A stretch of 64,000 nucleotides of DNA from a virus (lineage: Duplodnaviria > Caudoviricetes): positions 3,431 through 67,430 of IMG/VR virus record IMGVR_UViG_3300026549_000080. One strand, 5' to 3'. Shown here piece by piece: positions 10,551 through 20,761 of this stretch. The stretch's first letter is position 1. Each line of letters starts with the position of its first letter. The notes under the pieces were generated by a model. The model made no database searches. It was not told the origin of the DNA and worked only from the letters and a program-made list of their open reading frames with translations. A program made the translations under genes and the position numbers.

Positions 10551-11095
10551 TCATCATCCTCCAAATTATCTAATACACTAAAATCTACAACTTTCTTTTT
10601 CTTTTCTTTCTTTTTAACACGAACTTTCGGTCTTTCTGTGGCTTCGCGCATTTGACGTTCAATCTCCTTAATAAGTCCCTCTGATTGACGCTCTCTTGCC
10701 GCCCAGTATGCACAAGACTCGTTATAAATAAAAGGAATTATACCTATTCCTCCATGCCCTTTCTTCCAGTCACCCTTTTTTATTTCATAAAAATATTTTA
10801 ACGCAAATAAGATGCCCTTATTGGTCATCTTGTTTTCTTTTATAAACTTTTTTCTTTGAGCTTCGCAAACCCACCAATCATACGATTCTTTTAAGTCGCG
10901 AACTATAAAATCATATATTAAATCAATATATTGTTCGTCATCGTCAAGCTGCGCTTTCTTCCAATTATCATAACATTTTCTATGATAAAAATAATTTTTT
11001 GAAGTCATTAACCATTTCTGACCTTCTGGGTCTATATTTCGATCAATTTCCTCACCACAAACTCTACAATGAACCATAGGTAATTTTCGAGCCAT
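10547..11095 (-). CDS. hypothetical Zn-binding replication protein (possible helicase loader)
   Basis: CRVC...HRKC motif; overlaps helicase start; loader role inferred from context only. Confidence 0.45.
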   Translation of the reverse strand: MARKLPMVHCRVCGEEIDRNIDPEGQKWLMTSKNYFYHRKCYDNWKKAQLDDDEQYIDLIYDFIVRDLKESYDWWVCEAQRKKFIKENKMTNKGILFALKYFYEIKKGDWKKGHGGIGIIPFIYNESCAYWAARERQSEGLIKEIERQMREATERPKVRVKKKEKKKKVVDFSVLDNLEDDE

Positions 11096-11121
11096 ATCAA
11101 TTCTCCTTTCTCTAATTATAT

Positions 11122-11149
11122 TATACTATAATTTGGAGAATTTGTCAAA
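11122..11149 (-). promoter_or_regulatory. consensus sigma70/sigmaA promoter for helicase/primase operon
   Basis: TTGACA-AATTCTCCAAATTATAG(17)-TATAAT; coordinates approximate. Confidence 0.75.
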
Positions 11150-11154
11150 TTTAA

Positions 11155-11179
11155 AAAGAGTAGGTATAACCTACTCTTT
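11155..11179 (-). terminator. intrinsic terminator
   Basis: AAAGAGTAGG/CCTACTCTTT stem with T tract on minus strand. Confidence 0.7.
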
Positions 11180-12146
11180 ATTTCACCATATCTCTCATTT
11201 CGAGAAGCACAAGATAAAATGGTTCTTTTTGATCTTCAGTGATTTCAGAAAGTTTTAGCTTTCTTCCAAAAATCATTTCAACCTTCTTTAAAATACGTTC
11301 TGCATTTTCTTTATCTTCATTAACAAGCTTCGCCCAAATTTTTGAGGCTTCATCACGTATAGAATCAAAATCAAGTTCTTCTTCTTGTTTTTTTTCTATC
11401 TTATCAACAACTGTAGCCCCGTCAAGATCTCTTTGCTTATCAATAGCATCATTAATAGCATTTACCAATTCATCATAACCAAGTTTAATTTTTGGTGCTA
11501 AATAAGGAAATCTACTTCCTGCCATTACAGTTGGAGTCTGACGAGTATAAAGCCAGCGCTGACTATTTCCATCCTCATCCCATTCAGTAGCAATATAGCC
11601 AATAATATCAACTATTTGATTTACCACTTCGTAGCATCGCTTGGGCATACTCGGCGCCAAAATTTCAATTTCACTATCATCCGCAGTTTTTTCTTTTCTT
11701 GTTTCAATGTGTGAAATTAAAACAAGACCATAACCTAACATAGTGATTTTTCTTAGACATGATTCAAACTCTTTTTTTGTAAGAGTCCATCCTTGACCCC
11801 AGGGTATATCTCGTATTGACTGAACCCCATTTTGACCACATACAAATTGTTCACACATTTCATATGCAATGGTAGTAGTATCAATTGTAATAGTATCATA
11901 CATTTCACGAGCTTCTGGTTTTTCTAATTGTTTTAAAATTTGACGAAACTCAGACCACTTGTTTACGTCAGCAGCTTTAATTCCATCAATAGCATTATAG
12001 CCTTTCTCAAAAGCAATTAAAAGATTTTTGGGAAACCGAGAAGCCATAGTAGTCTTCCCGGTTTTTGGCTTACCATATATAAGTAAATATTTTCCCTTCA
12101 AATCTCTTGAGATAACCGTCGGCTCAATTGATAAAATATCAATCAT
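11178..12146 (-). CDS. phage AAA-family NTP-binding protein (AAA_24 / Sak4-like)
   Basis: YGKPKTGKTT Walker A, TITIDT, LISH; start moved to the ATG with GGAGG SD. Confidence 0.75.
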   Translation of the reverse strand: MIDILSIEPTVISRDLKGKYLLIYGKPKTGKTTMASRFPKNLLIAFEKGYNAIDGIKAADVNKWSEFRQILKQLEKPEAREMYDTITIDTTTIAYEMCEQFVCGQNGVQSIRDIPWGQGWTLTKKEFESCLRKITMLGYGLVLISHIETRKEKTADDSEIEILAPSMPKRCYEVVNQIVDIIGYIATEWDEDGNSQRWLYTRQTPTVMAGSRFPYLAPKIKLGYDELVNAINDAIDKQRDLDGATVVDKIEKKQEEELDFDSIRDEASKIWAKLVNEDKENAERILKKVEMIFGRKLKLSEITEDQKEPFYLVLLEMRDMVK

Positions 12147-12163
12147 CACGGTCACCTCCTATA

Positions 12164-13078
12164 TTAAAATCCGAGGTCTGTAAAACCATTATTTGTGTTT
12201 GCAGCAGGGGCTTTCTTCGACTGCGCCCTAGACATATCTTTTTCCTTCTGCTGCTCAAGTTTTGCCTTTCTATCTGCGAGAGCGTTCTGAATTTCCGCAT
12301 TATCAAAAGCAAATTCACCCTCAAGCGGTTCCTGTGAACCACCAGTAATAATTAAATCACTTCTATTAATAGTTCTCGTCTTTTCAATTGGCTCACCAAA
12401 ATCAACCTCTTGAATGGTTGTCTCTGTCGTCGCAGAAAAATCAAGTCTTCCATTAGCTTTTACGGTGTCGCCGACATTCCAATATGTAGAGATAGCGTCA
12501 ATGACTCCGGCGCTCTGTGCGTACATCGGAACTACATCAACCTTTCCACCATACTGCGGAATAATTGCATCAATTTTATATCTGCCCGTTGGCTCATCAT
12601 TTTTAATTTCTTCGCTCTTTGCGGCAACAACGAATTCCGCAGTATAAGTTGCCTCTGGTTTACAATCTGACTTATTAATACGATTAACAAAAGACGCATT
12701 TACTCTGGGAAAAGAAATAAGCCTACCATCAGCAGAATAATATTCATTCATGCGAATATTACCGCTTGTGATTCTAACTCTATCAGCTCCATCTTCTCCA
12801 TTTTCAGAAGCTGCAATACTTACATATTCATCGGCTACCTTTTTGATAGATTCATATGCAGGATTGGGCGTTCCTCTATTTGTCAGTTTAGATGCAAACA
12901 TATGAATAGGAATTGCCAGCTCTTTTTCTTCGCCACTAATTGACTGAGTCACTTTTACAGTAATAGTACCACCAATTGACTCCATCATCTGTCCATTTTT
13001 ATTAAAATGTCCAGGCTTAATATCAATTTCAGAAAGAATACCTTCAATTTTTACTTTGTTTTCTGCTTGTCTTAACAT
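12164..13078 (-). CDS. putative single-stranded DNA-binding protein
   Basis: NKVKIEGIL start resembling SSB OB-fold; flexible tail ending GFTDLGF; next to Sak4-like gene. Confidence 0.5.
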   Translation of the reverse strand: MLRQAENKVKIEGILSEIDIKPGHFNKNGQMMESIGGTITVKVTQSISGEEKELAIPIHMFASKLTNRGTPNPAYESIKKVADEYVSIAASENGEDGADRVRITSGNIRMNEYYSADGRLISFPRVNASFVNRINKSDCKPEATYTAEFVVAAKSEEIKNDEPTGRYKIDAIIPQYGGKVDVVPMYAQSAGVIDAISTYWNVGDTVKANGRLDFSATTETTIQEVDFGEPIEKTRTINRSDLIITGGSQEPLEGEFAFDNAEIQNALADRKAKLEQQKEKDMSRAQSKKAPAANTNNGFTDLGF

Positions 13079-13135
13079 TAATTTTACCTCGTTTAATTGT
13101 TTCTGTTTGTTTAATCTTTTTAAATAATAAATAAT

Positions 13136-13158
13136 GGAGGGTTTATATTAAACCCTCC
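13136..13158 (-). terminator. intrinsic terminator
   Basis: GGAGGGTTTA/TAAACCCTCC stem. Confidence 0.6.
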
Positions 13159-13165
13159 TATTTAA

Positions 13166-13414
13166 TTACTCGTCGTCGCTCGGAACGAAAGTCTTACCTT
13201 CCTCTGTCAGAACAACATAGGTAACGGGCTTCTCGGCACCCTCAACCTCAACCTTTTCTCTCATGGCCAGACCCTTCTTCGTTAGATCTGTTACATTAGC
13301 ACCAACACTTCTCTCTGTTCTATCGAGAGCCTGCGCCAGCTCAGGGATCGAAACCTTTCCACCATTACCCTTAACGTACTCGAATACTTCATTACTCTTT
13401 TCTGTCAGCTTCAT
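13166..13414 (-). CDS. small winged-helix DNA-binding protein
   Basis: 82 aa, SIPELAQALDRTERSVGANVTDLTKKGL, YVVLTEEG. Confidence 0.65.
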   Translation of the reverse strand: MKLTEKSNEVFEYVKGNGGKVSIPELAQALDRTERSVGANVTDLTKKGLAMREKVEVEGAEKPVTYVVLTEEGKTFVPSDDE

Positions 13415-13543
13415 AATCTTTTCTCCTTGTTTTTAATAATTTTAATGTTTTAATGTTTTAATATGAAAGTTTGTTTTCACTTAACTTTCTATAAATATTA
13501 TACTAAATTTTTTTATTAAACTCAAATTTTAACTATTAAATTT

Positions 13544-15895
13544 TTAGAAAACTAATAATCCAATAACTTTACCATTTGAGAGCTTCATTGATTTCGTACC
13601 TTGTGCCCCTTTCGATAGTAGATTTACTTCATTTAAATTAATTTTAATTTGTGCGCTCGATGAAACAACAATAGATTCTCTTTCGATTGTTAAAGGAGTA
13701 AAGTCAACTAACTTATCGTTTGAATCTTTTAAAGAATGAATTTTACTTCCTTTAGTGGCTCGACCTGTTACAGCGAAATCTTTTGAGTCAGTTCTTTTGA
13801 TATATCCCTTTTCACTCACACTTAAATATTCTTTAGTGCTTGGTGGTATTACCTTCGCAGAAACCAATTCGTCTCTTTCATTTAATGTAATACCTTTTAC
13901 TCCTCTTGCTACACGTCCAATAGAACGTATATTTTTAGTTTCACAAACTACAAACTGACCTCGCGCAGACATCATACCAACACGCTCATCATTAACAAAA
14001 AGAATTGACACAATTTCATCGTCATTATCTAAATTTAGAGCTTTTACACCACCTTTACGTTTGATGTTATACTCTGAAAGTTTACTTTTTTTAAGAATAC
14101 CTTTTTTTGTAAAAAAGATTATGTGTTCTTTTTGATTCTTTTTATTAAGAAAAACAAGTTCTTCAATGCGTTCATTGGTACTCATATCAATAACGCTTTC
14201 AATAGGAATAACTTCTTCAAAAGGTAATTCAGAAGCAGTTAAATGGAAACACATTCCATTATTGGAGAATAAAAGTATTGTATCAAGATTAGTTCCTGAC
14301 GCAGTAGAAATTACATATTCTCCTTTACTCATTTTAAACTTATTACCTACGCCACCACGTCTTTGAGTATACAAAGTAGAAGTTGTAGTTACATAAATGT
14401 TATTTTGGTTAGATAGGTTAATAAGTAACTCTTGAATTTCTGTTGGCTCTTCATCTTCTTTTGAAATATTTAAAATTTGAGTACGGCGAGAGTCACCAAA
14501 TTTGTTAGCAACTTCTCTCCAACCCTTAATGAGTTCGTTATTGAACAATTCCTCATTTCTAATTATATTATAGATAGAATCTCTTTCTTTTTCAAGTTTT
14601 ATTTTTTCAGATTTTAATTTTTCAACTTCCAAATGAGCAAGTCGAGAAAGTTTCATTTCAAGAATTGCTTTTGTTTGTACTTCGGTAAGTTTGTACTCTG
14701 CGGCCAATCGCTCCCGCGCTCTCGACGGAGAGTCAGAAGTTTTAATTATACGGACTACTTCGTCGATGTTCGCAAGACAAATTAACAATCCATCTAATAT
14801 ATGAAGTCTATCTTCAATTTTTCGTAGATCAAATTCATATCCTCTACGATAAATCTCTTTTTCATGGTCAATATGGGCTTGTAACATTTCTTTCCATGTG
14901 AATACTTTTGGAAAACGCCCATTATCAAGCATTGTAAAATTAATTCCATAATGAGATTGAAGGGAAGTATTTTTGTAGAGATATTTAAGAACTTTATTTG
15001 GGTTTGCTTTTTTAGTAAGATAGATTTTAATTAACGGAGTTTTGCCAGTTAAATCATTAAATCTATCTACTCCTGGATTTTCTTCCCCATTGATTATATT
15101 TTCAAGCTCACCACAAATTGTATTTGTATATACCGAATATGGTATTTCAGTTACCACAAAACAATTTTCTTTTTTATCATATTCTACAATACTTCTTAGC
15201 TTACAAGCAAAACCAGAGCCTTTTTTCATCGACTCTTTAACTTCATTTTCATTTAATAATACTGCGCCCGTTGCAAAGTCTGGTGCAATATATATATCTT
15301 CAAAACTACAATCTGGGTTGAGAAGTAGATATTCTAATTTCTCATTCATTTCTTTTAGATTGTATTGTGGTATAGAACTAGCCATACCAATCCCAATCCC
15401 TGTCGAACCGTTGCAGATATTGTAAAATCCTTTGGTCGGTAATACGGCGGGATATTGTTTTGTATTGTCATAGCTATCGCGCCATTCTTCAATTGTATCT
15501 TTTTTTATATCTTCAAAAAGAATATTAGAAAGTTTTGATAGGCGGCTTTCTGTATAACGCATCGCGGCCCAATTGCCAGATTCAATTAATGAACCTGCGT
15601 TACCTTTTACATCTATAAGAGGATAACGCATAGCAAAGGGTTGACCAGCTCGCATTATAACACCCTCACAAGAGCTATCTCCGTGAATATAGAAATCTGC
15701 CATTGCCATACCAACAGCATTTGCAGTTTTCTTATAGGGTTTATCACTTGTAAGTTTATTTAAAAGCATTGAATAAAATATCTGGCGCGCAGATGGTTTA
15801 AGACCGTCACGTACATCAACAAGGGCGCGATTTTGTAAAACCGCACCCGAATATTGTATGAAACTATCTTCTATAATTGGTTTTAAATTACTCAT
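13544..15895 (-). CDS. gyrA: DNA gyrase subunit A
   Basis: DGLKPSARQ, HGDSS, catalytic AAMRYTE, GyrA-box QRRGGVG, beta-pinwheel repeats. Confidence 0.93.
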   Translation of the reverse strand: MSNLKPIIEDSFIQYSGAVLQNRALVDVRDGLKPSARQIFYSMLLNKLTSDKPYKKTANAVGMAMADFYIHGDSSCEGVIMRAGQPFAMRYPLIDVKGNAGSLIESGNWAAMRYTESRLSKLSNILFEDIKKDTIEEWRDSYDNTKQYPAVLPTKGFYNICNGSTGIGIGMASSIPQYNLKEMNEKLEYLLLNPDCSFEDIYIAPDFATGAVLLNENEVKESMKKGSGFACKLRSIVEYDKKENCFVVTEIPYSVYTNTICGELENIINGEENPGVDRFNDLTGKTPLIKIYLTKKANPNKVLKYLYKNTSLQSHYGINFTMLDNGRFPKVFTWKEMLQAHIDHEKEIYRRGYEFDLRKIEDRLHILDGLLICLANIDEVVRIIKTSDSPSRARERLAAEYKLTEVQTKAILEMKLSRLAHLEVEKLKSEKIKLEKERDSIYNIIRNEELFNNELIKGWREVANKFGDSRRTQILNISKEDEEPTEIQELLINLSNQNNIYVTTTSTLYTQRRGGVGNKFKMSKGEYVISTASGTNLDTILLFSNNGMCFHLTASELPFEEVIPIESVIDMSTNERIEELVFLNKKNQKEHIIFFTKKGILKKSKLSEYNIKRKGGVKALNLDNDDEIVSILFVNDERVGMMSARGQFVVCETKNIRSIGRVARGVKGITLNERDELVSAKVIPPSTKEYLSVSEKGYIKRTDSKDFAVTGRATKGSKIHSLKDSNDKLVDFTPLTIERESIVVSSSAQIKINLNEVNLLSKGAQGTKSMKLSNGKVIGLLVF

Positions 15896-16103
15896 TTGTT
15901 TCCTCTATAAAATTTATTCTATATTTTTTATGATTATATCTAAAATTATTAAAATCCTTCAAACACTCTTCACATAAACAAACAGGTTCTCCAAACCAAG
16001 TTTTATCTATATGATAAGAACCTTGCTCTTCTGAAGTAGGAGCTAAAAAAGCAGGCCCATTAGAAGTTTGTCTTCCACATCTATCACACAATTTAATATA
16101 CAT
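15888..16103 (-). CDS. small Cys-motif hypothetical protein
   Basis: CDRC...CEEC; overlaps gyrA start. Confidence 0.6.
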   Translation of the reverse strand: MYIKLCDRCGRQTSNGPAFLAPTSEEQGSYHIDKTWFGEPVCLCEECLKDFNNFRYNHKKYRINFIEETNE

Positions 16104-16152
16104 TATTCTCTCACCTTACTGAAGTCTACTTTCTTTGATTATTGGCTTAAGT

Positions 16153-16599
16153 TTACTCATCTATTTCTCCTATATATTTTTTAAAGACGTCATTATAACA
16201 TCCACGATTATGAAAGGCTCTTTTCATAAAACAAAGTGCAATACCTTTTTCCGCATCGAAAGGTTCATTATCTTGACATTTTACTTTGGTTTTTGTGCCA
16301 TCGACCCACTTAATAACAACGACACCTTTATCTTCATTGAGATAAATATTTTCAACTCCACCTGTTGGTTTAGGCGGCGCGCCAACTATTTTTGCAGAAG
16401 TAATTTCTCTAATATAAACTCCCGCAGGAAGCTCTTTTGGAGAAACATTATCTTCAATAACAGTTATAGAATTATCATAACGAGTTCTGTTATCGGCTAC
16501 AATATCGTATACTCCACCCTTGATAAGGTCAAATTGAGTTTGATAATAATAAACTTTGTTAGAGTAACTATTTGTAAATTTTACTTTAATAATTTTCAT
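16153..16599 (-). CDS. hypothetical protein
   Basis: 148 aa, SD and own promoter. Confidence 0.7.
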   Translation of the reverse strand: MKIIKVKFTNSYSNKVYYYQTQFDLIKGGVYDIVADNRTRYDNSITVIEDNVSPKELPAGVYIREITSAKIVGAPPKPTGGVENIYLNEDKGVVVIKWVDGTKTKVKCQDNEPFDAEKGIALCFMKRAFHNRGCYNDVFKKYIGEIDE

Positions 16600-16660
16600 T
16601 TCAATTCTCCTTTCATTCTCTTAAATATATTATATATTAAAAATGAAAAAAAGTAAAATT

Positions 16661-18514
16661 TTATTCTCTTATTTTACTAAAATCAACCTTATTCATAATA
16701 AAACTTCTTCTTGGCTCTACATCTTCACCCATTAATGAATAAAGCAAATCAACAGCTTTATTATTATATTCTAACACATCCATTCTCTGATGTTCCGCAC
16801 TAAACATCGAAGCCTGCGCAGTCTCCGCTGGAAGTTCACCAAGTCCTTTAGCTCTTGTGACTTCTCCCTTTACTTTACTTCTAACCTTATTGAATTCATC
16901 GTCAGTAAAGTAATAATCTTCTTTACCTTTATTATTAACGATATAAAGTGGCGATCTAAGCCAACATAGGCGTCCTTCTTCAATAAACTCTGGCGCCAAA
17001 TACTGTAATGCTGCCATTATAAGAAGTGCAATGTGAGCGCCATCGCTATCAGCATCAACACAAATACCAATCTTTCCATAGCGTAATTTAGAAGAATTAT
17101 ATTTACCTGGTATTATGTTCATAGCACTAAGTAAAAGTTTAATCTCTTCATTATTAAAAATTTTTTCTTCGGGATTAGAAAGACAATTAATAATCTTTCC
17201 TCTTATAGCAAGCAACCCATATTTAGTATAATCGCGCGCTTGTGCCATACCACCCATAGCAGAATTACCTTCTACAATTAAAAGTGTAGCGTTCTGTCCG
17301 AGAAATTCTGCGTCTTTCAATTTATCTGAAGCAAACACTTTTTTCTTTTGATTCTTTTCAATTTCCTTTGATGCTTCAAGGACTTGCTTCCGCGCCCTCT
17401 CTGCAGCTCGTTCAGCCTTAAGTTCTTTAGTAAGCAAGTCAAATATAGATTCAAATTCTGTCACATGACGCCTGCTAAAATCATCCAACATCTGACCTGC
17501 CGCCCTTTGCGAAAGACCCCTAAGTTCAGGATTATTAACTTTAGTTTTTGTCTGATTTGCAAACGATGGGTTGGGAACCTTGCAGTTTACTACATAAAAC
17601 AATCCAGATCTTGCTATTTCTGGAGTAAATTCTCCTTTAAATTTCTTTTTAAAGAAATTAGTAATTGCAGTTTTAACACCAGTCAATGACGTGCCGCCCT
17701 CTGGATTAGCAAGTCCATTAGTAAATACATACCAATGTTCATTACGGTCGGCTGCCCACTGCATAGCAACCTCACATTCAATTCCATCTTCTTCTACTGA
17801 AATATAAAGTGGAGTTTTGTGAATTGGTTTTTTAATTGAGTCTTTAAGAAAATCTACAATTCCATTTTTAGAATAATATTCGACTTTCTCTTTTGTAATG
17901 TGATTGATAAGTTTAAACTTAACTCCTTTAGTAAGATATGCCCAATTACGGCACATTTCTTTTAATTCGTCAAAGTCAATATTAATTTTTTCCAAATTAT
18001 AAACTTCAGCCGATGGAATAAAAGATACAACTGTACCATCTTTATGGGTTGTGTTTTTAGTTATTTTGAAAGATTCTTTAATTCCATCCTTCAAAATAAG
18101 TATAGCATGTTGTCCATCTCTATATGAATCTGCACGAAAATAAGAAGAAGATAAAGCCACGCCCTTACTTCCTATGCCATTCATTCCAGCCACATTTTGA
18201 TAAATTTTTTCATTAAACTTACCACCAGTATGGGACATGGTGTATACTGCTTCAAGTGCTTCTGTCCCATCTTCTCGCTTTCCAAAAGGAACCCCTCGCG
18301 CCTCATCAGTAACAGTGACCTTATTATCTTTATCTAATTCAACTACAATAAGATCACCATATCCCATTGTAGCTTCATCAATAGAATTGGTAATAATTTC
18401 TCTTACACATTGTAATACACCTTGATTATCTGCGCTGCCCATGTACATAGCAACTCGCTCACGAACAGCGTCACGAAAACTCAAGGTTTCAATATCTTTA
18501 GCTGTATAACTCAT
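16661..18514 (-). CDS. gyrB: DNA gyrase subunit B
   Basis: GHKL ATPase (EIITNSIDE, D.ARGVP, HTGGKF, GMNGIGSK), TOPRIM VEGNSA, IRGK, DADSDG. Confidence 0.93.
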   Translation of the reverse strand: MSYTAKDIETLSFRDAVRERVAMYMGSADNQGVLQCVREIITNSIDEATMGYGDLIVVELDKDNKVTVTDEARGVPFGKREDGTEALEAVYTMSHTGGKFNEKIYQNVAGMNGIGSKGVALSSSYFRADSYRDGQHAILILKDGIKESFKITKNTTHKDGTVVSFIPSAEVYNLEKINIDFDELKEMCRNWAYLTKGVKFKLINHITKEKVEYYSKNGIVDFLKDSIKKPIHKTPLYISVEEDGIECEVAMQWAADRNEHWYVFTNGLANPEGGTSLTGVKTAITNFFKKKFKGEFTPEIARSGLFYVVNCKVPNPSFANQTKTKVNNPELRGLSQRAAGQMLDDFSRRHVTEFESIFDLLTKELKAERAAERARKQVLEASKEIEKNQKKKVFASDKLKDAEFLGQNATLLIVEGNSAMGGMAQARDYTKYGLLAIRGKIINCLSNPEEKIFNNEEIKLLLSAMNIIPGKYNSSKLRYGKIGICVDADSDGAHIALLIMAALQYLAPEFIEEGRLCWLRSPLYIVNNKGKEDYYFTDDEFNKVRSKVKGEVTRAKGLGELPAETAQASMFSAEHQRMDVLEYNNKAVDLLYSLMGEDVEPRRSFIMNKVDFSKIRE

Positions 18515-18711
18515 TAATCTAAATCCTCTTCTATAATTTTAATTCCGCTCGTACAAACCAAGTTTATTTCAACCTGTGTAACTATTCCTTCGTTTTTACC
18601 TCTAATAATCTGTGTTTTACACGTTTCAACTAAAGAGTCTTCTGGCATTTGATAGGTTACTTTTTTACCATCATAATTATTAATAACTACTGTAATAAAA
18701 TTATTATTCAT
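18514..18711 (-). CDS. hypothetical protein
   Basis: 65 aa, translationally coupled to gyrB. Confidence 0.6.
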   Translation of the reverse strand: MNNNFITVVINNYDGKKVTYQMPEDSLVETCKTQIIRGKNEGIVTQVEINLVCTSGIKIIEEDLD

Positions 18712-18877
18712 TTGATTCTCCTACATTTACATTGGGTGGTACATATTTAGTAGCTGGGCGCCAACGCCATCCATTGTTATCCCATACTAAAAAATAAGTT
18801 TGATGGAATTGTTCTGTAAAATATACATCTAATACAGTTTGAATTTCACCAGTATCAATTCTTTTAACTTTAAACAT
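18704..18877 (-). CDS. small hypothetical protein (57 aa, MFKVKRIDTGEIQ...)
   Basis: Read by hand; TGATG overlap with upstream gene. Confidence 0.6.
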   Translation of the reverse strand: MFKVKRIDTGEIQTVLDVYFTEQFHQTYFLVWDNNGWRWRPATKYVPPNVNVGESNE

Positions 18878-19326
18878 CAATACATCCTTTTACGAATTTT
18901 ATCCATACACTTGTCACAAAGAGTATATACCCAGCCGCCATCGTCAATCATCTCCGCTGGCGCGCCACAAAGCATACAAGTATGTGCAGACATTTCTTCA
19001 TATTTATTTATAATATCACCAATTTTCGCACCGATTGGCCAGCCTGCGTCATACCATCTGAGCGTACCATATTTTTCTTTTATATCCATTATTCTATAGT
19101 CATGAACATAATTAAATTTTTTAAGTTCACCATAGATTTCTTGACACATCTGTTCACCAAAGGCTTTTCTCCAACCATCGGGCATATAATCAAGTTCGGT
19201 CCATTCATATACATCAGAAATTGGCTTATCAGTCCATCTACTTCTTACCATAAGAAAAGGATATTTTTTAATTAGCTTTTTATTTTTAAGTTTGGTTCGT
19301 TTCTTTTTCTTTATATATTTATTCAT
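18877..19326 (-). CDS. hypothetical phage protein with C-terminal Zn finger
   Basis: IKEKYGTLRWY motif, CMLC...CDKC; start moved to the ATG with AAAGGAG SD. Confidence 0.65.
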   Translation of the reverse strand: MNKYIKKKKRTKLKNKKLIKKYPFLMVRSRWTDKPISDVYEWTELDYMPDGWRKAFGEQMCQEIYGELKKFNYVHDYRIMDIKEKYGTLRWYDAGWPIGAKIGDIINKYEEMSAHTCMLCGAPAEMIDDGGWVYTLCDKCMDKIRKRMY

Positions 19327-19451
19327 GCTATTTCTCCTTTCTATTATTTCTATATTTAGTATAACAAGTTTTTTAAGAAAAATCAAATTTAAAAAGCGAT
19401 TATTCATTTTTACAACTTATTAATAAGAAGTTTTATAGGAGGGATAAAACC

Positions 19452-19613
19452 ATGACAATTAAAGATATAGTAGATTATGTAATGTATACTCGTCACAATA
19501 CAAATCGTGCAGTTTTAACAAGTATGTTGAAAACATTAGTTGAGGAAGGCGGTGACGAGGGGCCAGTTTATTATGACGGTGGTAATGTTGAAGGATATGA
19601 TCCAGAAGAATAA
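19452..19613 (+). CDS. lone small ORF (53 aa) with YYDGGxVEGY motif
   Basis: AGGAGG SD, own putative late promoter and terminator; motif shared with 42478-42669. Confidence 0.65.
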   Translation: MTIKDIVDYVMYTRHNTNRAVLTSMLKTLVEEGGDEGPVYYDGGNVEGYDPEE

Positions 19614-19616
19614 AAT

Positions 19617-19643
19617 AAAAGAGGTCAATTAAGACCTCTTTTT
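19617..19643. terminator. bidirectional intrinsic terminator
   Basis: AAAAGAGGTC-AATTAA-GACCTCTTTT between convergent genes. Confidence 0.75.
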
Positions 19644-19646
19644 ATT

Positions 19647-20726
19647 TTATTCCCAGTTTGTAATTTTAGTTTTCTTTTTCTTCTTTGGTGGCATCTTTGC
19701 CCAAATTAGAAAATCTCTGGCGCGAGTTGCTGAAACATAGCACAGGCGCGCCTCTTCGTCATTGTATGCTCTTATATTAAATGAAAGTACACATGGTGCT
19801 TCTAAACCTTTTGCACTGTGTGCAGTTAATACTTTAATCGTATCTTCTTTCATTTTTTCTTCTATTTGAGAATTATTTAAATCAGCTTGTCTAAATGTAT
19901 CTGCTGGTATATCTTTTTTTGTTAACAAAGTTATAAATAATTCTATATCTGCATTTGTTCTGCATATAATACACCAATCTCCCCATTTGGTATTTAATCT
20001 TTCTTTATTAGCAATCAGCGAGTCAATAGCTTCGGATGGTGTATAATTACCTTCTAATACTTGATAAGTAGAATTATCTTCTACCTCTCTCATCGCGATT
20101 GATTCGTCTTCATATGCAGGTCCTAATCTATATAGAAACTTTTTTGCAAAACGTAGAATTGACGGAAGATTACGATAATTTTGTTTCATATAATATGTAG
20201 TTACATTTTCTTTGTTCATTAGTCTAATTAATTCTTTTGGACAAGCATTATTAAAACCGTATATACTTTGTCTAATATCACCACAATACATAAAATTATC
20301 TGGATTAATCAACTCAAAAAATTCAAATTGTTCAAGTGTACTATCTTGAGCTTCATCTACTAACAAATGTTCAACGTGTTTAATACATTGTGGATTTTCT
20401 TTAATCTCTTCAAATAAATCATCGAATCGTTCTTGCTGAATTATATCAGTTGTATCTATTGCATTGCCACGAAGTAAATAATTACAATATGAATGAACTG
20501 TTCCAATAAATAACCCATTTGGATGATCAAGCCTATCATACATAACTGATGCAGCATTATTTGTAAAAGTAATTGCTACGATTTTAGAAGGGTCTACTCC
20601 TTGTTCAAGTAAGTAACGAATACGTTCTACAATTACTGCACTTTTACCACTGGCCGCAGCGCTCATAACTATAACTTTTGATTTGTCTGTCTTAATAATT
20701 TGTTTTTGAATATTGTTTAGTTCCAT
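19647..20726 (-). CDS. compact UvrD/Rep-family SF1 helicase
   Basis: AAASGKS, AITFTN, VDEAQD, GDIRQSIYGF, QNYR, TAHSAKGLE, YVSATRA. Confidence 0.85.
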   Translation of the reverse strand: MELNNIQKQIIKTDKSKVIVMSAAASGKSAVIVERIRYLLEQGVDPSKIVAITFTNNAASVMYDRLDHPNGLFIGTVHSYCNYLLRGNAIDTTDIIQQERFDDLFEEIKENPQCIKHVEHLLVDEAQDSTLEQFEFFELINPDNFMYCGDIRQSIYGFNNACPKELIRLMNKENVTTYYMKQNYRNLPSILRFAKKFLYRLGPAYEDESIAMREVEDNSTYQVLEGNYTPSEAIDSLIANKERLNTKWGDWCIICRTNADIELFITLLTKKDIPADTFRQADLNNSQIEEKMKEDTIKVLTAHSAKGLEAPCVLSFNIRAYNDEEARLCYVSATRARDFLIWAKMPPKKKKKTKITNWE

Positions 20727-20761
20727 TTTTACTCCTCGTGGTCTACTGTCGTAGCCACCTT

